The notes under the pieces were generated by a model, which saw only the letters and a list, made by a program, of their open reading frames with translations, had not been told where the DNA came from and did not search any database. From the IMG/VR virus record IMGVR_UViG_3300032205_000001, positions 44,218 to 108,217 of that record: a stretch of DNA of 64,000 nt. The stretch is one strand, 5' to 3'. Below, piece by piece: positions 50,469 through 59,565 of this stretch; the first letter of the stretch is position 1; each line of letters begins with the position of its first letter. The translations under genes and the position numbers were made by a program. Source of the stretch: a virus (taxonomy: Duplodnaviria > Heunggongvirae > Uroviricota > Caudoviricetes).

Positions 50469-51451
50469 GCGACCGCCGGCCAGGTAACGCCATCCCAGGG
50501 ATGGATTCCGGTGCCCATGAATACATGGGTGAAGTCTCCGAGTGCGTCGCCCTGCGACGGGATCACATTCCAGAAGCCATACCAGCAGTCGATTCGATTT
50601 CCGACCTTGCCGGCAGCGTTATTTGTTGAGGAAGCCCATCCAACAGGAACGATGATTGCTCCCATTCCTTGCAGATCGTTGGCGTACGGGTTGCTGAAGC
50701 TGTTCAGATACCCTTCGCCACAACCGCCAACGGCAACCGAGTTGATACCGTTGATGCGGGCAACTCCACCGTTAACTCCTGGGCTCGATCCTCCGACGAC
50801 GCTGCCTACACTTGCTGTTGAAATCGTCGAATTGCTTGCACCCCATCCCACCACAGTCGGAGAAAAACCGACGCCAGGCGTCAGAACGCCTACGGTGTTA
50901 CAGAATTCCAGCCCCCATGAGAATGACATTGTGGTGGCTCGGTAGACAAAAACACGGAATAGTTTCTTGTCTGTTGTGGCCATCGCATGCCAGACGCGAT
51001 CGAGCGACGCTGTGGCGTTGATCAGCGACTGAGCTGAGGCCATCACCTGTTCATCAGTTGCAGTCGGTTGCTGGTTTGATGTGCCAGCTGGCGTGAATAA
51101 TCCGCCCGGAGAGAACGAGATGCGTGCGACGTCATCCGTGTTGCCCTGATAGGTCAACAGGAGATCGCAGCCGTTGCCATCGGTCAGTACTGCGAAAGAC
51201 TGAGCTGCGCCAGCGATCGATGCTCTGGTCGTGACATTGGAGAATGTTGTCCATCGATCTGTATGATCAGATCCGCTGGTTGGACCCGTCGTGCCGTTGC
51301 ACGTGTACTTGACCGTGTACCCCATCGTCGCAACGAGGAAGTTCTTCACGCCGAATAGCAAACGCGCCATCGTGTCATTCAGCGACACAAATGAGATCCG
51401 ATTGTTCGGACTGAACAACCACGAATGCGTGACAGGCGGTAGATGCTGCAT
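50465..51451 (-). CDS. tail-fibre/receptor-binding paralogue A (328 aa)
   Basis: Shares an N-terminal 70-aa module (W.FS.NNRISFVSLNDTMARLLFG.KNFLV.T.GYTVKY.C.GTTGPTS..DHTDRW) and C-terminal module with the 51458 and 52830 genes. Confidence 0.5.
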   Translation of the reverse strand: MQHLPPVTHSWLFSPNNRISFVSLNDTMARLLFGVKNFLVATMGYTVKYTCNGTTGPTSGSDHTDRWTTFSNVTTRASIAGAAQSFAVLTDGNGCDLLLTYQGNTDDVARISFSPGGLFTPAGTSNQQPTATDEQVMASAQSLINATASLDRVWHAMATTDKKLFRVFVYRATTMSFSWGLEFCNTVGVLTPGVGFSPTVVGWGASNSTISTASVGSVVGGSSPGVNGGVARINGINSVAVGGCGEGYLNSFSNPYANDLQGMGAIIVPVGWASSTNNAAGKVGNRIDCWYGFWNVIPSQGDALGDFTHVFMGTGIHPWDGVTWPAVA

Positions 51452-51457
51452 CTTGAT

Positions 51458-52825
51458 CTACGAAAGGATAACAGGACCGCCATTCCACGGATGGATGGCC
51501 GTTGCAAGCAACACCCATTGAGAAGTGCCGAAAACGTTTCCTTGCCCGGCGCCGAATGCCCAGGCGGCGTAGCAATCGATTCGATCTCCGATTTTGCCCT
51601 GAAAGTTGGTGGTGCTTGAATAGAGACCTAACTGGGTAATTGGTGTGGCAGCTTCTAGATCTAGATTGGCCTCAGCCCAGATACCAATGAGGTTGGTTGA
51701 GTTTCCGAAATTATATCCACCACCGTTGGCGGGGATGTTTGAGCCAGAGAGACGTATACATCCTCCGGCTCCGTTGCCGACGCCGCCACTAATGATCAAC
51801 ACATGGCCGTTGGTGCCGCTGCTCAGGGTGGAGTTATTCGTTGCCCAGCCATACACCTTGGAAAGCCAAGTAAATGCAGTAATCGAGGAGTTGCATGCCT
51901 CAAGACCACCCCATCCGATCATCGCGTTTTGACGGTAGACAAAGAACCGGAATCCTTGTTTGTCTGTCGTGGCCATGATGTGCCAGATACGATCGCCGCT
52001 AGTCGTGGCGTTGATGACGGTACCTGTATTGCCAAAGCCTGACGAAGCCACGAAAATATCCGTAGAGTCGGTAGCGGTTGGCTGGTTGGTTGGCGTTCCA
52101 GCAGGTACGTATTTGGCTCCGTCGGAGAACGCAAAATAACATTTGTCGTCTGTGGTTCCCTGGTATGCGAGCAGAATGTCGACGCCAGATCCGCCGGTCA
52201 GCGTTGCTGTAGCAAACGATGCGTTTGCAGCTGTCTCCGTTGTCGCGATCGTATTGCCGTTGGGGCCACCTGTAATCGCAGTAAGACTGAGCGTGCTGGC
52301 GCCAGACGTTGCCGTGACGAACGTATTCGCCGTGGTAGCTGCCGCGTAGACCGTTCCAGATCCAGCGCCGAGGATGATTGCGTTGGCGAGGTTCGCCAAC
52401 GAGTTGGCAGCCGTAGCTCCGATGAGCACATTTCCATCGACGTTCGTGAGAACGGTTTGGAACGTGTACGTCTTTGTTCCTGTGGTGACCGTTTCGCCGT
52501 TGCTAAAGTTCGCCGTGGTGGTCAGCGTGCCGGTCGCTTGAACTGCGGTGTTCGAATCTGTGAGCACTATAAAAGACTGTGGGTTACCTGCGGCTGCTCC
52601 ACGTGTGGTGCAAGATGAGAAGCTCAACCAGCGATCTGTGTGATCGTTTGCTGACGTTGGACCCGTTGTGCCGTCACAGGAATATTTCACCGTGTAGCCA
52701 ACCGTGCCAACGAGGAAGTTTTTGATTCCGAAAAGCAACCTCGCCATCGTATCGTTCAACGACACGAACGAGATCCGGTTGTTTGTCGAGAACAGCCATG
52801 ACTTTTGGAGTGCTGGTAGGGTCAT
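51458..52825 (-). CDS. tail-fibre/receptor-binding paralogue B (455 aa, expanded central region)
   Basis: Same conserved termini; about 130 aa of extra Thr/Ala/Gly-rich central repeats. Confidence 0.5.
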   Translation of the reverse strand: MTLPALQKSWLFSTNNRISFVSLNDTMARLLFGIKNFLVGTVGYTVKYSCDGTTGPTSANDHTDRWLSFSSCTTRGAAAGNPQSFIVLTDSNTAVQATGTLTTTANFSNGETVTTGTKTYTFQTVLTNVDGNVLIGATAANSLANLANAIILGAGSGTVYAAATTANTFVTATSGASTLSLTAITGGPNGNTIATTETAANASFATATLTGGSGVDILLAYQGTTDDKCYFAFSDGAKYVPAGTPTNQPTATDSTDIFVASSGFGNTGTVINATTSGDRIWHIMATTDKQGFRFFVYRQNAMIGWGGLEACNSSITAFTWLSKVYGWATNNSTLSSGTNGHVLIISGGVGNGAGGCIRLSGSNIPANGGGYNFGNSTNLIGIWAEANLDLEAATPITQLGLYSSTTNFQGKIGDRIDCYAAWAFGAGQGNVFGTSQWVLLATAIHPWNGGPVILS

Positions 52826-52829
52826 ATGT

Positions 52830-53795
52830 TCACGCGATTACCGGTGTTGTGGTGCCGTCCCACGGTAGAATGTAAGAGCCGAGCCAAGCGAACTGAAGCG
52901 ATCCAAAGGTATCGCCCTGTCCAAAGTTGTTCCCAGCTGGACTGCCCCAACAGTCAATTCGATCGCATACACGACCAAACAGATTGGCTGTGTTGTTGTT
53001 GAAATACCCAGTAGGCACAATCGGCGAAAATGCCTGAAGCTCAGGTTGAGCAACGCTGATGTTCCAGGTTCCCTCGCCGCATCCAGTCATTTCGACGTTA
53101 GTTGCCGAGATGCGGGCGAAGCCTCGCTGGTTGGAGGCTGAATTTCCGAGCGGGCCACCGTTAGAGGTAAAGGTAGTTCCGCTTGATGCCCAGCCAACTA
53201 CAGTCGGAGACCACACGAAGCTCGCAAGCATGTTTGGCTCGCGCACAACTTGTTCCACGCCAAAGCCGTAAAGGAATGTGCTGCTGCGGAAGATTTGGGT
53301 TCGGAAGATCTTCTTGTCGGTCGACGCCTGGATGCTCCAAACACGGTCGAGCGTTGCTGTGGCGTTGATGATCGTGATCGCGCTCAGAATGATCGCTTCA
53401 TCAGTGGCTGTTGGCTGTTGGTTCGATGTGCCGGCTGGCGTGAACAGACCGCCGTTCGAAAACGAAATGCGTGCGATGTCATCAGAGGCGCCTTGGTACG
53501 TAAGCATGATGTCAACGCCGTTTCCGTCTGTGAGCACGGCGAATGACTGAGCAGTGGTTGCGTTGGCTCCTCGTGTGGTGGCGTTCGAGAAGGTTGACCA
53601 ACGATCGGTATGGTCGGCGCCACTCGTAGGCCCGGTCGTACCATCGCACGTGTACTTGACCGTGTACCCCATCGTTGCGACCAAGAAGTTTTTGATGCCG
53701 AAGAGGTACCTCGCCATCGTGTCGTTCAGCGACACGAATGAAATCCGGTTGTTGTTGCTGAAGCTGTAGGTTTTGACAAGTGTCGGTAGAGGCAT
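52830..53795 (-). CDS. tail-fibre/receptor-binding paralogue C (321 aa)
   Basis: Same conserved termini. Confidence 0.5.
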   Translation of the reverse strand: MPLPTLVKTYSFSNNNRISFVSLNDTMARYLFGIKNFLVATMGYTVKYTCDGTTGPTSGADHTDRWSTFSNATTRGANATTAQSFAVLTDGNGVDIMLTYQGASDDIARISFSNGGLFTPAGTSNQQPTATDEAIILSAITIINATATLDRVWSIQASTDKKIFRTQIFRSSTFLYGFGVEQVVREPNMLASFVWSPTVVGWASSGTTFTSNGGPLGNSASNQRGFARISATNVEMTGCGEGTWNISVAQPELQAFSPIVPTGYFNNNTANLFGRVCDRIDCWGSPAGNNFGQGDTFGSLQFAWLGSYILPWDGTTTPVIA

Positions 53796-54047
53796 CGTGC
53801 TCCCCAGATCTTCAGATCACGTAGGCAGATCTGGTTATGGCACGTAAGCCCTGAATTGATCAAGCGACCATAACCCCAGCTAGGGATGTGATCAGCCGAT
53901 CAACGGCCTCCAGTGGAGAAGTTGTGGAAGGCTGTGAAAAAGCTGTGACTACGCGAAATCGTTTGACAAGGAGGTGGTCGGGCAGTTAAGTGGCGCCCTC
54001 GTTATCAAATTCGCACGGCTGACTCGGGTGGGTCGGCCAAAGGATGA

Positions 54048-54377
54048 ATGAAGATGCTTGCTACGATGACTGAACCAGCCGAATTCACTGACCAGGCCCC
54101 AGCAGTTGTAGGCCTCCAAAGCAACAGTGCGCAAACGCTTGCGTCCAAGATTGCCGACCACTTCGGCGAGGCGCTGACGAGTCTCTTCGGCCACGACCCG
54201 GTGTGCGACTTCCTGATCAACTCGATCAGGGACCACATCGAGGAGTGTGGCGTCGACGTCGACTACAACGCTGCTGAGCTTCGCGAGAAGCTCGCTGACG
54301 TCTCGAACCTCTGCATGAAGCTCCACAACGTCGCGGGCAACATCAACCCACGTCGGTCAAATCAAAGCGTGGCTTGA
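54048..54377 (+). CDS. hypothetical protein (109 aa)
   Basis: ORF track; TTGACA-N17-TTAAGT promoter at 53963-53991; its 3' end overlaps the DHFR 3' end. Confidence 0.4.
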   Translation: MKMLATMTEPAEFTDQAPAVVGLQSNSAQTLASKIADHFGEALTSLFGHDPVCDFLINSIRDHIEECGVDVDYNAAELREKLADVSNLCMKLHNVAGNINPRRSNQSVA

Positions 54378-54891
54378 CGAAGAATTCGTCCTGGTCCTTC
54401 AGGGTCCAGCGCTCCATGCGGAAGTCGATTCCATCTTCGCTTCCAGTCTTGAGCACAGAGTCCAACTTGAATCTGTGTTCGTACGGTGGGAAAAATACAT
54501 CGCAGGTGTAGACGCCACTGACCTTCGTGATGATCAATTCTGAGCACTGGGGATGCTCGACGGCCATTGCGTAGACTTCGCCACCACCGATGACGAACGC
54601 CTTGCCAGCAGGCCACTGCAGGGCTTCGTCAAGGTTTGCCGCTGGTGTTGTTCCAGAGAAATTTACGCCGCTGCGGGATAGGACGATGTTGATCCTGTTC
54701 GGCAGCGGCCTGAACTTGGGCGGAATCGAGTCCCAGGTTTTTCTGCCCATGATGACGGTGTTCAGCTCTGAACCCTCCGTCGTCAGCTCGCGGAAGTGCT
54801 TCATGTCCTCTTTGAGGCGCCATGAAAGGCCGTTGGCCTTGCCGATGCCACGCGCCTCATCGTGTGCGACGACGATCGTGAACCGCTGCAT
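54343..54891 (-). CDS. folA: dihydrofolate reductase
   Basis: IVAHDEARGIGKANGLSWRL...VIMGRKTWDSIP...PLPNRINIVLSR...VIGGGEVY is the classic DHFR signature. Confidence 0.8.
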   Translation of the reverse strand: MQRFTIVVAHDEARGIGKANGLSWRLKEDMKHFRELTTEGSELNTVIMGRKTWDSIPPKFRPLPNRINIVLSRSGVNFSGTTPAANLDEALQWPAGKAFVIGGGEVYAMAVEHPQCSELIITKVSGVYTCDVFFPPYEHRFKLDSVLKTGSEDGIDFRMERWTLKDQDEFFVKPRFDLTDVG

Positions 54892-55569
54892 GGGCGCATT
54901 GGGGACGAGTCAGACCGATTTGTCAACGGGCACACGGGTCAAATCTGCAGTAGTATCAGGGCCGTGTATCCGATCGAGCAAGACGGACAATACTTCGTGC
55001 GATACGGAGTGGAGTCGTGGCTTGGCGGTCCCGAAGATGACCCCCTGACCATTCAGATCGAGGGTGTGATCTTGCACGCCTCTGAGGGAAATGAAGACGG
55101 TGACATCTGCGGGCGCATCAGGGCCCACGTCATGCTTGCAGAAACCAGAATGGATTCCGATGAATTCGACCGGAGCGCCTGGTCGGATGATGACGAACTG
55201 GACGATATTGCTCGGGCTGTGTTCTCACCGTCTGGCGCTTGGTCAGATTCGCTCAAATCTCTTTGGAGTGACATCAACAACATGGATGTCTTCGTAATTG
55301 AAGAGATATTCCTGGAGCGGCAATACCGTGGCGGAGGCTTAGGTCTGGCCATCGCCGAGCGAACGCTCTCGTTGTTCTCTAGGGGATGCGGGCTGGCGGT
55401 AGTAAGTCCATGGCCAACAGAGGTGAAGAATCCCGGTGACGAAGATGAGATGCGATCTGCTCACCGCAAGATTGGCAAATACTCCGAACGACTAGGATTT
55501 CGCCATCTACCCAATACTGATCTGTGGGCTAGATCGCTTGAGCATTCGATGATGCGGGACAGCAACTGA
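54862..55569 (+). CDS. GNAT-like acetyltransferase-fold protein (start uncertain)
   Basis: FLERQYRGGGLGLAIAE resembles GNAT motif A (Q/R-x-x-G-x-G/A); the long N-terminal extension overlaps the folA start. Confidence 0.4.
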   Translation: MCDDDREPLHGRIGDESDRFVNGHTGQICSSIRAVYPIEQDGQYFVRYGVESWLGGPEDDPLTIQIEGVILHASEGNEDGDICGRIRAHVMLAETRMDSDEFDRSAWSDDDELDDIARAVFSPSGAWSDSLKSLWSDINNMDVFVIEEIFLERQYRGGGLGLAIAERTLSLFSRGCGLAVVSPWPTEVKNPGDEDEMRSAHRKIGKYSERLGFRHLPNTDLWARSLEHSMMRDSN

Positions 55570-55600
55570 CTATCAACTCCCTGGAATTCGAAACGTTTCC

Positions 55601-55870
55601 ATGGAGAAGTCAGAACCATTGATGGAGGTCCAGATGAAAGAAGAGATTCTGGCGCAAATCAGGTCGTTCGTGTTCCCGGACGTCTGTAGCAAGGTCTCAG
55701 CGATGATTGATCAATATCAACGCGAAAGACATGCGCTTCTCAAAGATCAAATCGAGCACCTTACGAAGGCGCTCTCAATGATCAAAGAGGTGCCTGCTTC
55801 TGTTGAAGGGGCTAAGATGGCTCGTGGACTTGCCGAGGAAGCAATCTCGGTAATTTCTGCTGAGCAATGA
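55601..55870 (+). CDS. hypothetical protein (89 aa)
   Basis: ORF track. Confidence 0.4.
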   Translation: MEKSEPLMEVQMKEEILAQIRSFVFPDVCSKVSAMIDQYQRERHALLKDQIEHLTKALSMIKEVPASVEGAKMARGLAEEAISVISAEQ

Positions 55871-56055
55871 GCGATCCAGAGATCAAAGCGCTTCTGGGCG
55901 ACATTCTTCTCCAGATGAACCGTTTAGCTACGGCCATCGAGAGACAAAACACCTTGGCGGAGAGAGCCAACAAGTGTCCCAACTGTTCCGGCGACGGCAA
56001 AGGGTACGACGGTCTTCGTTGTATTCGATGTGGCGGGACCGGCGTTCGAAAATAG
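55867..56055 (+). CDS. zinc-ribbon protein (62 aa)
   Basis: CPNCSGDG...CIRCGGTG. Confidence 0.4.
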   Translation: MSDPEIKALLGDILLQMNRLATAIERQNTLAERANKCPNCSGDGKGYDGLRCIRCGGTGVRK

Positions 56056-56073
56056 ACGCAAGATGTAGCGATC

Positions 56074-56361
56074 ATGGGTATCTGCGTGGGATACATCGGC
56101 TGGAGAACACCGAGGATTATGATGGACCTTCCAGCTGATGCCCAAAGCGATGAACAGGTCATTTGGCCAAAGCCAAGTACAAAGCAGAGACTGATCTGCA
56201 CTGGCTCGCGCACCGATCAGGACCCGGCGTTCATCACGTGTCACGGGTCATGCGGGAAACCGACCATCCGCTGGACGATGCATCACGGGATTGGCTCGTC
56301 GATGTACAAGTGCGCCGATTGTGGGAACACCAGGCGTTGGGGATTCAAATTTTCGTTCTGA
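56074..56361 (+). CDS. Cys-rich hypothetical protein (95 aa)
   Basis: ORF track. Confidence 0.35.
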   Translation: MGICVGYIGWRTPRIMMDLPADAQSDEQVIWPKPSTKQRLICTGSRTDQDPAFITCHGSCGKPTIRWTMHHGIGSSMYKCADCGNTRRWGFKFSF

Positions 56362-56374
56362 TACGATCTCGTCC

Positions 56375-56698
56375 ATGGACGAAGTCAGAACGCCGCCGAG
56401 GAAGCTGACCGATCTGCATCCAATTTGGATGGGTGTTCACGGAAGCGATCGAAAGGGTGTAGCCCTTGCCTTCCAGTGTCCGTGCCTGGACCCTCAGTGC
56501 GCATGGGGCGGCCAAATCGTCGTCGACCTTGAGAACCCACTCGATGGCGGCGAACGAATGAGCTGGCGTGGTGTCGAGGCCAAGACCTACTGGCAGCGAA
56601 CCGGAGAAACGTTCGAAACGTTGACCCTATCGCCATCCATCCATGCGGTTGGCCATTGGCATGGTTGGGTTCGGGACGGTCAGGTCATCTCCGTGTGA
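56375..56698 (+). CDS. hypothetical protein (107 aa)
   Basis: Met29 of track ORF 56291..56698. Confidence 0.4.
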   Translation: MDEVRTPPRKLTDLHPIWMGVHGSDRKGVALAFQCPCLDPQCAWGGQIVVDLENPLDGGERMSWRGVEAKTYWQRTGETFETLTLSPSIHAVGHWHGWVRDGQVISV

Positions 56699-56702
56699 AC
56701 GT

Positions 56703-56740
56703 TTGACAATTTACTAATCCCCGTATATCGCAACAGAATG
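56703..56740 (+). promoter_or_regulatory. TTGACAAT promoter (TTTGACAATT-N15-TATATC-N8-ATG)
   Basis: Read from the sequence. Confidence 0.4.
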
Positions 56741-57052
56741 GTTGATGTCCCGGATGATGAGGAGCTGCGCGGGGAATCTGAGATCTTCGACCTCTGGTTA
56801 GACCTCGAAAAACGCGTCGTTGAATTGGTCGACAGCATGGAACTGACCGACGAAGAGCTGCACCGCATCGAGGTTAGGTGGCTCAGGATTGGCCGAGAAC
56901 AGCATTCGGAAGGCCACGCAATGCACGCGCTCGTCAAACACGCGCTGGTCATCCGCAACCTTCGCAAAATGACCAGCATGATGAGACCAGGGGAAGAGAT
57001 GGTCCCGCTGGTTGAATTGGCCGCGAGAATGCGCGGTAAGGGCGACGCCTAA
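56738..57052 (+). CDS. acidic hypothetical protein (104 aa)
   Basis: ORF track; TTGACAAT promoter at 56703. Confidence 0.45.
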   Translation: MVDVPDDEELRGESEIFDLWLDLEKRVVELVDSMELTDEELHRIEVRWLRIGREQHSEGHAMHALVKHALVIRNLRKMTSMMRPGEEMVPLVELAARMRGKGDA

Positions 57053-57060
57053 GCCCTTGT

Positions 57061-57162
57061 GACCTTATCGGATTTTCTGATAAGCGACCTATATCCGATT
57101 TCCTGATATTGCGGTAAGTTCATGCAGTCGGCTGGGCTTTTTATAAAAACCCAGTCTTGACA
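57061..57162 (+). promoter_or_regulatory. iteron-like control region: two 27-nt direct repeats (gACCTtATcgGATTTtCTGATAaGCG / ACCTaTATccGATTTcCTGATAtTGCG), a 23-nt near-perfect palindrome CTGGGCTTTTTATAAAAACCCAG, then the TTGACAAT -35
   Basis: Read from the sequence; lies upstream of the basic Zn-ribbon gene 57220..57630. Confidence 0.45.
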
Positions 57163-57219
57163 ATCCGGTCCACTGATTGTTTGATGGGCCCTGGCGCCGT
57201 GACTACGGCCAGAGGCTCC

Positions 57220-57630
57220 ATGGCAGACAAGACGGAAAAGAAAGAATGCAAGGGCTGTCATCAGCCCAAGCCCCTTAAGGACTTTGTTAAGTCGAAGGTC
57301 GCGAAGAGCGGACGCCTCGGGTACTGCTACGAGTGCTGGTCGGGAATGGTCTCGCACAAGAAGGGCGGCCCGAAGAAGCACAAGCCCAAAATCAAGGGCA
57401 AGCACCGTGCGACGAAGAACAGCAAGCTCGTCGACATCGCCAACGATGCTCTAGCGGCTGCGAACAAGGGCAAGGAGCAGTTTCTGGTTCGAGCTGACGA
57501 CCAAGAGGTGATCGTCTTCAAGAACGAACAGAAGGCGCTTCGTCAGGCCATGGAGTGGAAGATGAAAGGCCACGCCGTCAGTGTTTGGCGGCAGTGCGAA
57601 TTCGAGATGGTTCTCAGGATCATCGGGTAA
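57220..57630 (+). CDS. basic zinc-ribbon protein (136 aa), possible DNA-binding regulator
   Basis: CKGCH...CYECW plus a Lys-rich stretch; AGAGG Shine-Dalgarno; upstream iteron-like repeats and TTGACAAT promoter. Confidence 0.45.
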   Translation: MADKTEKKECKGCHQPKPLKDFVKSKVAKSGRLGYCYECWSGMVSHKKGGPKKHKPKIKGKHRATKNSKLVDIANDALAAANKGKEQFLVRADDQEVIVFKNEQKALRQAMEWKMKGHAVSVWRQCEFEMVLRIIG

Positions 57631-57636
57631 GGAAAA

Positions 57637-58053
57637 ATGCGCGAAATCAGGCTCAAGGCATTTGCTCACGTGAACTTCAACAAGTCGGAGAAGACTCACT
57701 TCGCCGAGTTCATCAAGACGAAGTACGGGTCGACCATCCAGAAGGGCGAGGGCGTCCTCTTCATCAGCCTCGGTGAGACCATGTATCAGTTCGTCGAGCC
57801 CCCGGAGGAGTGGGACTCGCGCAACGGCAACAACAAGAAGGTCCGAGTCAAGGTCATCGCCTCGCAGCGGTTCCGAATCGAGGGCACCAAGTGGAGCGTG
57901 CAGACGTTGCAGTACTGGGCGGAAAGAGCTGGCTATCGCATCATCGGGATCAAGCGCTTCGAGTGGTACCTCAAGGAGCGCATCCTCGAAGCCGCCAAGG
58001 AAGTGAAAAAGGAGTCCAGGGAAACCCGGCGCGATGTGAAAAAGGCTGCGTAA
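57637..58053 (+). CDS. hypothetical protein (138 aa)
   Basis: ORF track. Confidence 0.5.
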   Translation: MREIRLKAFAHVNFNKSEKTHFAEFIKTKYGSTIQKGEGVLFISLGETMYQFVEPPEEWDSRNGNNKKVRVKVIASQRFRIEGTKWSVQTLQYWAERAGYRIIGIKRFEWYLKERILEAAKEVKKESRETRRDVKKAA

Positions 58054-58075
58054 GCGCTTGCGTGGATCCTGACCG

Positions 58076-58104
58076 TTGACAATCAGCGCTTGAGAGATGA
58101 GTAT
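58076..58104 (+). promoter_or_regulatory. TTGACAATC-N17-GAGTAT promoter
   Basis: Follows the near-palindrome CGTAAGCGCTTGCG at 58049-58062. Confidence 0.35.
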
Positions 58105-58144
58105 TTCCGGGCTATTCCACCGAAGATGGAAGCGATGGTGATGA

Positions 58145-58660
58145 ATGCCAGGTGCTGACTTTGATCCATTTCAGGGTCTAGACGAAGAAGAGAAGGCCTA
58201 TCTCAACGGCCAAAAACAGGCTTTTGCGAAGCAGAAGGCTGTCCACGACGCTCACAACGCCGCAACCATGGGCGACGACGACCGACGCAGGGCAGCCGAA
58301 GAGCACATGCGCGCGACTCAGATTGCGGCTGGGATGACCCCAACCGACCCGGCCAAGCTGCCGCCTACCCCAAGAGCGGCTGCGACACCTGGAAACATCT
58401 CAATCTTGATTGCCAGGCCGGATTCGGCGCCAAACAGTCTGCCGTCAACGACTGAGAAGTTTGCGCCTGACTGGGCGGCAATGAAGGAAATCATCGCCAA
58501 ATACGACGGGACCTGGGTCGTCGCCCAACACGAATTCCTTGGCAACGTTTCGAACATTCTCGGCTTCTTTGGAAAGGAAGGCTGGGAGAAGCCGGCCGAA
58601 TCCGAGAAACAGAAGTTCGAGGTCATCGTCAAGAATGGTCGGGTCTTTAGAACCGACTAG
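58145..58660 (+). CDS. hypothetical protein (171 aa)
   Basis: ORF track; TTGACAAT promoter at 58076. Confidence 0.45.
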   Translation: MPGADFDPFQGLDEEEKAYLNGQKQAFAKQKAVHDAHNAATMGDDDRRRAAEEHMRATQIAAGMTPTDPAKLPPTPRAAATPGNISILIARPDSAPNSLPSTTEKFAPDWAAMKEIIAKYDGTWVVAQHEFLGNVSNILGFFGKEGWEKPAESEKQKFEVIVKNGRVFRTD

Positions 58661-58716
58661 GCTGAGTCGTACATCTGTAGACTCTGTGGTCAGTTCAGCT
58701 ATAAGATCTGCCATTG

Positions 58717-59061
58717 ATGAGACCAAGCGATGCGTTGAGAAAAGTTGCCGAGACGATCTCAAGGAAAAAGAACGCCGCTGCGGTTGTTGTTCCCAGAAAG
58801 ATCGCTGTCGTTCTTGCTGATGAGATGTACCAGCCGATGTACGACGGATTCGATAACGTCATCGACCGAGCCCGAGCAAAGTACATGCAGCTCGTAGAGC
58901 AAGGCGGTTACATAGGCACCATCATGCAGATGCCGATGGTGGTCGCCGATGACGTCGTCATCTGCTCGTTGACTGAGCAGGAGCTACGGGAATCTGCCTC
59001 AAGGCTCGGAGTCGACATGGCCGAGCTACAACGTGATCTCATGCGAGTTGGAGCTGCCTGA
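58717..59061 (+). CDS. hypothetical protein (114 aa)
   Basis: ORF track. Confidence 0.4.
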   Translation: MRPSDALRKVAETISRKKNAAAVVVPRKIAVVLADEMYQPMYDGFDNVIDRARAKYMQLVEQGGYIGTIMQMPMVVADDVVICSLTEQELRESASRLGVDMAELQRDLMRVGAA

Positions 59062-59534
59062 TGTGGTCTAGGCCTGGTTGCATCAAAGATCCCATCCAGC
59101 CGACCGAACGCCTCCTGCCGACACGCGGCAGCGACCATCACGCGTTTGTGGACATGCTGTTCCTATGGGGGGATCCCAACCAGGACGACCAGAACTTCCG
59201 GGCCGTGGTTCTCCCACACGGGTTCTCGCTGACCAAGGTGTCGGATGGTCAATGGGATGTCAGGGACGTTTCCGATTTTACTAGAGCATCGGTCAGCGTT
59301 CCTGGTGGAAAATTGATTCCATCGATCGTGCCACTCAAGCGATTTTCGTATAATTCTCACGCCGTAGACCGATTTTTCATCGGAACAGTGACCGATTGGT
59401 CTGCGATCGTCTACCGGACGCAAAGGCTGTCTACGCAGACGGAAGCAATAGCAGCTGCAAAGAAATGGCTTGATGACCACAAGCCAAAATGGGATAGCTA
59501 CATATCTGCAGTCAATTTCGAGAGACGCCCTTAG
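59061..59534 (+). CDS. hypothetical protein (157 aa)
   Basis: ORF track. Confidence 0.45.
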   Translation: MWSRPGCIKDPIQPTERLLPTRGSDHHAFVDMLFLWGDPNQDDQNFRAVVLPHGFSLTKVSDGQWDVRDVSDFTRASVSVPGGKLIPSIVPLKRFSYNSHAVDRFFIGTVTDWSAIVYRTQRLSTQTEAIAAAKKWLDDHKPKWDSYISAVNFERRP

Positions 59535-59565
59535 ATCTTAGACAGGCGACTCTCTTTTCTTCCAA

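Noticed and set aside
47519-53795. Many plus-strand ORFs of 60-100 aa inside the tail-fibre genes (for example 49134..49367, 51645..51932, 53059..53271)
   Set aside because: They are antisense to long, coherent minus-strand genes. They have Arg/Cys/Ser-rich low-complexity translations typical of GC-rich non-coding frames.
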